From Candidatus Magasanikiibacteriota bacterium (lineage in GTDB: Bacteria; Patescibacteriota; Patescibacteriia; Magasanikbacterales; UBA922): a DNA stretch of 64,000 nucleotides. The DNA lies in NCBI GenBank assembly GCA_018650645.1, contig JABIFP010000027.1, positions 24,379 through 88,378 of the forward strand. Reading direction: 5' to 3'. A program made the position numbers and the translations under genes. The first letter of the stretch is position 1; every line of letters starts with the position of its first letter. Below the pieces are notes generated by a model. That model was not told where the DNA came from and searched no databases. It saw nothing but the letters and a program-made list of their open reading frames with translations. Below, piece after piece: positions 59,101 to 64,000 of this stretch.

Positions 59101-59907
59101 CTATGGAATTAACACAGATACGATGCGCAATTTATCAAGATTTACAAGCGAAGTAATTTGCGCAACTTGAAACGGCTGATAGGGCTCACGCTCAATTTGA
59201 GAAACGGTACCTATTGGTAATCCATATGGAATTGATTCTTGTAACCCGCTCGTTATCATGATGTCACCGATATCAACTCGCTCATTCTGCGGAATAAAAT
59301 TCATCTGCATACTAATACCATGCTGTCCCTCCAAAATTCCGATACTCTTATCTTGGGAATGGAGCGTGGCCGCAATTCTACTTTGATTATCATTAAGAAG
59401 ACGCACAACAGCACTTCCCCTTCTACTCTCTGCAACAGTACCAATAAATACTCCCTCGCCAGAAATTACAGGGTATCCTATTCGCACACCATGCTCATCT
59501 CCAACATTCACCACAACCGTGCTTCCAAGAGGATCAACTCGCTTACCAACAACTTCTGCACCGATATATACAGCAGTGGAACTTGCCGTAAATTTCAACT
59601 GGCTGCGAAGGGTTCTATTTTCTTCTTGCAATGATAAAAGCTGGGATCTATCAACCATGAGCGCCAGATGCCGCTTTCGTAAATCTGCATATGCCTGTTC
59701 AAGCGACTCGACTGATTCAAATTTTTCTACATTGTCTTCCGCCCCTACTGACCAGCTATACAATGTATCACTTGCAGGAATAAACAGTCCGCGAACATGT
59801 TGTTCAATCGAAGAAAGCCAACCGAGGCCATGAAAAATAATCACGAGGACAAGTACCGCCGTGATTGAGAGAAATATCTTTTTTTTGGGTTTACCTCGCA
59901 TAGGCAC
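59101..59907 (-). CDS. mreC: rod shape-determining protein MreC
   Basis: N-terminal TM, coiled coil, and C-terminal beta domains. Follows mreB. Confidence 0.8.
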   Translation of the reverse strand: MPMRGKPKKKIFLSITAVLVLVIIFHGLGWLSSIEQHVRGLFIPASDTLYSWSVGAEDNVEKFESVESLEQAYADLRKRHLALMVDRSQLLSLQEENRTLRSQLKFTASSTAVYIGAEVVGKRVDPLGSTVVVNVGDEHGVRIGYPVISGEGVFIGTVAESRRGSAVVRLLNDNQSRIAATLHSQDKSIGILEGQHGISMQMNFIPQNERVDIGDIMITSGLQESIPYGLPIGTVSQIEREPYQPFQVAQITSLVNLDKLRIVSVLIP

Positions 59908-59909
59908 TA

Positions 59910-60953
59910 CTATCTAGAACGTGCTGAAGGAAGCTTTACTTCGTGTAATAGCGCATCATCTTCTAGCAAAATACCTGTACCACGCACAACAGCAGTAAGC
60001 GGATCGTCAGCAATACGAACTGGAATTTCTGCTGCCTCTGAAATAACTTGATCTAAACCACGCAGTAGTGATCCACCACCTGTAAGTAATACTCCCCGTT
60101 CGTGAATATCACCAGTGAGTTCTGGCGGGGTAATTTCTAATGTCATTTTCACCAAATTGATAATCGAGCGAACAGTACGCTCAAGCGCCTCTCTAATATG
60201 CTGATCACTCACCATAATTTCTTTTGGTAAGCCCGTAATCACATCTCTTCCACGCATAGGAAATTCCATCGGCGTTCCCATATCAATCGCAGAACCAACA
60301 CGAAGTTTTATTTGCTCAGCATGACTTTCCCCAACAAGAAGATTAAATACCTCACGTGCATACTGAATAATATTTTTATTCATCTCGTCACCAGCAAAAT
60401 GAGAAGTTTTCCATGTTACTACTCCACTAAGCGAAATAACTGCTACTTGTGTTGTACCACCACCGATATCTACAATCATATTTCCAATTGGCTCTTGAAT
60501 TGGCATTCTTGCACCGATTGCAGCCGCCATTGGTTCTTGCACAACAAGCACTTCTCTTGCTCCAGCCGCAATGACACCATCTTCAACTGCCTTCGCTTCT
60601 ACTTCTGTTACACCAAGCGGAACAGACACCACAACGCGTGGTCTTGTTACAAATGACACTCCTCCTTCGTGTACTTTTTCAATAAAATATTTGATCATTT
60701 TTTCTGCAACCTCGTAATCTGAAATAATCCCGTTCGTAAGCGGACGAGATACAAGAATATGCGGTGGTGTTTTCCCAAGCATGTGTTTTGCTTCTGAACC
60801 AACAGCAATAATTTGACCGGATCGTTTGTTGATAGCAACCACCGTAGGTTCATCAATCACAATCCCTTTTTCAGGTACGTACACCAAAGTATTGGCGGTA
60901 CCAAGATCCATACCCATGTCTTTGCTGAATTTCTTGAAAACTGATTTTAGCAT
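59910..60953 (-). CDS. mreB: rod shape-determining protein MreB
   Basis: Actin-fold ATPase motifs (DLGTANT, DIGGGTT). Confidence 0.95.
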   Translation of the reverse strand: MLKSVFKKFSKDMGMDLGTANTLVYVPEKGIVIDEPTVVAINKRSGQIIAVGSEAKHMLGKTPPHILVSRPLTNGIISDYEVAEKMIKYFIEKVHEGGVSFVTRPRVVVSVPLGVTEVEAKAVEDGVIAAGAREVLVVQEPMAAAIGARMPIQEPIGNMIVDIGGGTTQVAVISLSGVVTWKTSHFAGDEMNKNIIQYAREVFNLLVGESHAEQIKLRVGSAIDMGTPMEFPMRGRDVITGLPKEIMVSDQHIREALERTVRSIINLVKMTLEITPPELTGDIHERGVLLTGGGSLLRGLDQVISEAAEIPVRIADDPLTAVVRGTGILLEDDALLHEVKLPSARSR

Positions 60954-60956
60954 AGC

Positions 60957-62207
60957 CTATTCCGTGAGAGCGCTAATAAGTGCTGACAGGCTTACCATGG
61001 TTGCTTCTTCTGCTGTACGTGCTTTAAGCTCAACTTCTTCATTTTTGAGTGTCCGTCCACTGATAACAACTCTCTGCGGAATCCCAATCAAATCAGCATC
61101 TGCAAATTTTTGCCCCGCTCGCGCATCTCTATCATCATATAGTACTTCGATTCCTGCAGCCTTCAGCTCTTTATATAAGGCATCTGCTTTTGCTGCATCT
61201 GCTTCATCAGAACACAAAGAAACGAGGTGAACATCGTATGGAGCAATTGATTTTGGCCATACCATACCCTTTTCATCAGAAAAGTGCTCTACAGCAACTC
61301 CCATGAGCCTCGTAATTCCAATTCCATATGATCCTAAATGCACTGGCACTTGATTTCCTTCTGCATCTGTAAAAAAGAGACCGAGTTCCTCACATTTTTT
61401 TGTTCCAAAGTTGAAAATATTTCCTACCTCTGCAGTTTTTACTTTTTCTAGTTCATCTGCAGTAACACCTAACTCTGTAAGTGTTTTTTCATTCATCACT
61501 TCTTCATTAATCGCAATATTTTTTTCTCTATTGATATAAATCACGTCTTCTCCGGCATCTGTAATTGTCTGAAATTCATGACTGAATTCAGTAAATGCTC
61601 CACCAGAAGCAAACGTGACAAATGTGTCGTCACCAAGCCCGACTCGCTCAAACACTCTGTTGTATGCCGCAATCGTTTCATCATAAAACGCCTGATGCTG
61701 CACTGGATCAATGGTATACGAATACATGTCTTTCATGACAAATTCGCGTCCTCGCATAATACCACTTTTAGCACGTAACTCATTTCTCAGTTTTGTTTGG
61801 AATTGATATACAAATGCAGGCAAATCTTTGTAGCTATGGATATATTCTTTCATCATCTGCGTAATCGGCTCTTCATGAGACCAACCAAAACCTACCTCTG
61901 TTCCATTTTTTAGCTCTGACTTAAACCAGACATCAACATTCTCATCACTCCATCTATCTGTCACTTCCCAGAGCTCTTTTTTTTGCAGCGATGTCATAAT
62001 AAGCTCTTGCCCACCAACAGCATCCATTTCTTCTCTTACGATTTGCTTAATCCGCTCAATAACTCTAAGCCCTAATGGTAAGTAACTATATACACCTGCC
62101 ATTTCCTTATTAATAAATCCGGCTTGCAATAACAGTCGTGCATTATTTGCAACTTCATCTTTTGGCGCAGTTTTCTTTGTCTTGGTAAATAATAGTGATT
62201 GTCTCAT
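60957..62207 (-). CDS. proS: proline--tRNA ligase (short form without INS editing domain)
   Basis: Aligns to ProRS motifs 1-2 (MRGREFVMKDMYSY). The C-terminal anticodon-binding domain is present. 416 aa. Confidence 0.85.
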   Translation of the reverse strand: MRQSLLFTKTKKTAPKDEVANNARLLLQAGFINKEMAGVYSYLPLGLRVIERIKQIVREEMDAVGGQELIMTSLQKKELWEVTDRWSDENVDVWFKSELKNGTEVGFGWSHEEPITQMMKEYIHSYKDLPAFVYQFQTKLRNELRAKSGIMRGREFVMKDMYSYTIDPVQHQAFYDETIAAYNRVFERVGLGDDTFVTFASGGAFTEFSHEFQTITDAGEDVIYINREKNIAINEEVMNEKTLTELGVTADELEKVKTAEVGNIFNFGTKKCEELGLFFTDAEGNQVPVHLGSYGIGITRLMGVAVEHFSDEKGMVWPKSIAPYDVHLVSLCSDEADAAKADALYKELKAAGIEVLYDDRDARAGQKFADADLIGIPQRVVISGRTLKNEEVELKARTAEEATMVSLSALISALTE

Positions 62208-62222
62208 ACATGCATTATTTCA

Positions 62223-62648
62223 TTATCTATTCGTTTTCCCCTTTGTTCCAAGTCGAAGTGATAATCGAAACAGAACAAAAAAGACAACTATCGCAAGGAA
62301 AATAGTGAAGTTCCAAATATGAAGGATTCCTTTTGCGAATAAGAGAAGGAGCAGAACTATCAGCACAGATATTCCCGTTGATAACGCAACAGAACGCTGC
62401 ACTATTCTAAAGATTGGCTCTTTGGGGTGCATCCTAGACTGAATAAAGAACATTAATAGAGATCCGAGTCCAACTAGGAACATGAGCAGACTCGTGTAAA
62501 AAAACACAAACCCAAGGCCCGTATCGGTTGTAGGGTCTACATTGAACAAAATAAATAACCAGGCAATAAAACAGAACCCTGTCCCAAGAGAAATAATTGT
62601 AAGAAATTGTCTTACGGTCATACTATGCAAGATATCGAATGCGATCAA
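62223..62648 (-). CDS. hypothetical membrane protein
   Basis: 141 aa with four hydrophobic helices. Confidence 0.5.
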   Translation of the reverse strand: MIAFDILHSMTVRQFLTIISLGTGFCFIAWLFILFNVDPTTDTGLGFVFFYTSLLMFLVGLGSLLMFFIQSRMHPKEPIFRIVQRSVALSTGISVLIVLLLLLFAKGILHIWNFTIFLAIVVFFVLFRLSLRLGTKGKTNR

Positions 62649-62931
62649 CTTCCGCTTTCCCTAGCGCTTTATTGATCTTCTTTACGATAGAACTTTGATT
62701 CAAACGAATCTCTTGTGCCACTGCTGAGCTTGAACATGTCACAGTAAGCGTTCTATTTTTGAGAAATAGTGGCTTAATGTGCATACGCATCTTTTCGTCA
62801 AAGATACTATCAAACACTGCTTGAGCAGCATCAAGAACCTCTTGGGACTCTAATTGTCCCGCAAGGGTACTGTCCTTTTGCATTTTTCCGTGGAGTGTAT
62901 CTCCAATTGGCGTAAATGAGCCCATAGGCAC
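62623..62931 (-). CDS. DUF721/DciA-like protein (tentative)
   Basis: 102 aa. The segment RTLTVTCSSSAVAQEIRLNQSSIVKKIN resembles the DciA family pattern. Confidence 0.5.
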   Translation of the reverse strand: MPMGSFTPIGDTLHGKMQKDSTLAGQLESQEVLDAAQAVFDSIFDEKMRMHIKPLFLKNRTLTVTCSSSAVAQEIRLNQSSIVKKINKALGKAEVDRIRYLA

Positions 62932-62980
62932 GAAGGGTTAATACATATATATGCTATCACGGCGAGCGTCATTTGCCTAG

Positions 62981-63934
62981 TCAGGCTGCGCGAAATGAGC
63001 AAATATCTCTAAAATCACAAAATCCACAATTCCTTTGGCTAGGTGTAGCTGAGAATTCTCTTCCTTGAATTCCGCCAAGCACTTCCCCAATATTATCTCT
63101 CATTTTCTCAAGCTCTGTATCCTTTCCAAGAAAAGATACCTTTGTATTATCATTTAAATAATAGAACGTAAGTTTTGACACAGGGCCGACATGCCGGAAC
63201 TCTGGAAGCGACTGTGCCGCATGCTGATACAAGAGTAACTGTAACTTATCGTCAGCCGAAAGCTTTTCTTTTGGTGTTCCCGTTTTATAATCAATTATTT
63301 CAAGTGATCCATCCGGCAATTGATCAATCCTATCGATTCTTCCGTGCATAGTATTTCCCTGAACATCGACGCTAAACCAGGCTTCTATTGCAAGAGGAAC
63401 TTGCCAGTCATCTTTATGCGATTCGTAAAATGCCTTTATACTTGCAAGTCCAAGCGCATAGTACTCCTTTTTATTTGCTGCCGATTCATACCAGTCATGA
63501 ATAAAACATCTCTTATATAATTCGAGGAGTTTATCAAGCGACATAACAATTAGCCCATCCGTTTCCTTCTTGACCGGCGCCTCAAATAAACTGCCCTGTG
63601 CCGCACTATTCGCTTCCAGCATGTGCTCGTAAAACTTTTGCAGCGTAAGATGCATTGACTGACCATAGCTAAACCGTGCATTTCCGCGAGTAGGAATTTT
63701 TAATATACTCCCAAGCTTATATTGATACGGACACGACTGATATGACCGTACTTGCGAAAATGAAAATTTCTTTGGGAGCTGATATAACACCTCTTGAGCT
63801 GGCTGCGTAAACGATGATTCCTGATTCTCTGTAAAGTTTTTCACAGAAACAGCCTCTTCATCAGTAAAGCCAATCTCTGAAAGAAATCTACTGAGTTTCT
63901 TCTTCCTTTTTCCTCCATAGTCTGATGAACTCAC
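62981..63934 (-). CDS. PD-(D/E)XK-family nuclease with C-terminal Fe-S Cys cluster (Cas4/AddB nuclease-domain-like)
   Basis: IIDYKTG (D-x-K) nuclease motif and C-terminal CGFCDFRDIC. An upstream partner (e.g. a helicase) may lie beyond the window. Confidence 0.6.
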   Translation of the reverse strand: MSSSDYGGKRKKKLSRFLSEIGFTDEEAVSVKNFTENQESSFTQPAQEVLYQLPKKFSFSQVRSYQSCPYQYKLGSILKIPTRGNARFSYGQSMHLTLQKFYEHMLEANSAAQGSLFEAPVKKETDGLIVMSLDKLLELYKRCFIHDWYESAANKKEYYALGLASIKAFYESHKDDWQVPLAIEAWFSVDVQGNTMHGRIDRIDQLPDGSLEIIDYKTGTPKEKLSADDKLQLLLYQHAAQSLPEFRHVGPVSKLTFYYLNDNTKVSFLGKDTELEKMRDNIGEVLGGIQGREFSATPSQRNCGFCDFRDICSFRAA

Positions 63935-64000
63935 AAAATACAGTCGTTTTTTTGCGCGTGTACACCCAACATAAAAAAGTCTACGTTCTTCTTCAATATG

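Noticed and set aside
1-64000. CRISPR array, integrase/transposase, toxin-antitoxin or restriction-modification genes
   Set aside because: I looked for regularly spaced direct repeats and for recombinase, nuclease and methylase motifs. The only repeats are tRNA 3'-end and promoter duplications and the 13-mer in the 23.7-24.5 kb gap. No recombinase-like ORF is present in the window.

Overview
This is an AT-rich (about 35-40% GC by eye), tightly packed bacterial segment that looks like a reduced-genome organism. Clues are divergent small housekeeping proteins, a truncated TsaB, a ProRS without an editing insertion, tRNA genes that do not encode CCA, and a self-splicing intron in a tRNA. It is probably a Patescibacteria/CPR-like bacterium, but that is inference.

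Core content:
- Cell division and envelope: ftsE-ftsX, an FtsB-like protein, a PrsA-like PPIase, two Mur ligases, an M23 EnvC-like peptidase, FtsQ, a FemAB-like protein, and mreBCD with PBP2.
- Replication, chaperone and efflux: DnaE, ClpB, and an AbrB-like regulator followed by an HlyD adaptor and an RND pump.
- Thiol redox: a TlpA/CcdA pair and a DsbA-like protein.
- Fe-S cluster assembly: a large suf locus (Rrf2 regulator, NifS-like desulfurase, SufB, SufD, SufS, SufU, SufC, SufT, two ferredoxins) with a divergent FNR-like reductase.
- Translation: GluRS, SerS, LysS, ProRS, rplJ-rplL, GreA, TsaD, and four tRNAs.

Things worth a second look:
1. tRNA-Asn(GUU) is interrupted in the anticodon loop by a roughly 350-nt group I intron. 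It carries recognizable R (GTTCAGAGACTA) and S (GATATAGTCC) core elements that resemble the cyanobacterial tRNA-Leu intron.
2. At least six short GC-rich (about 55-65% GC) islets sit in the AT-rich background. Each carries one small or medium ORF of unknown function with its own Shine-Dalgarno sequence and terminator. Several lie next to tRNA genes or are bracketed by imperfect direct repeats of host sequence (tRNA 3' ends, or the rplJ promoter).
3. tRNA-Gln and tRNA-Glu are each followed about 140-160 bp downstream by an exact 17-18 bp copy of their own 3' end.
4. An 830-bp noncoding gap between convergent genes contains a repeated 13-mer (CAATGTGCGACAC) and an inverted-repeat variant of it.

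I found no CRISPR array, integrase or transposase.
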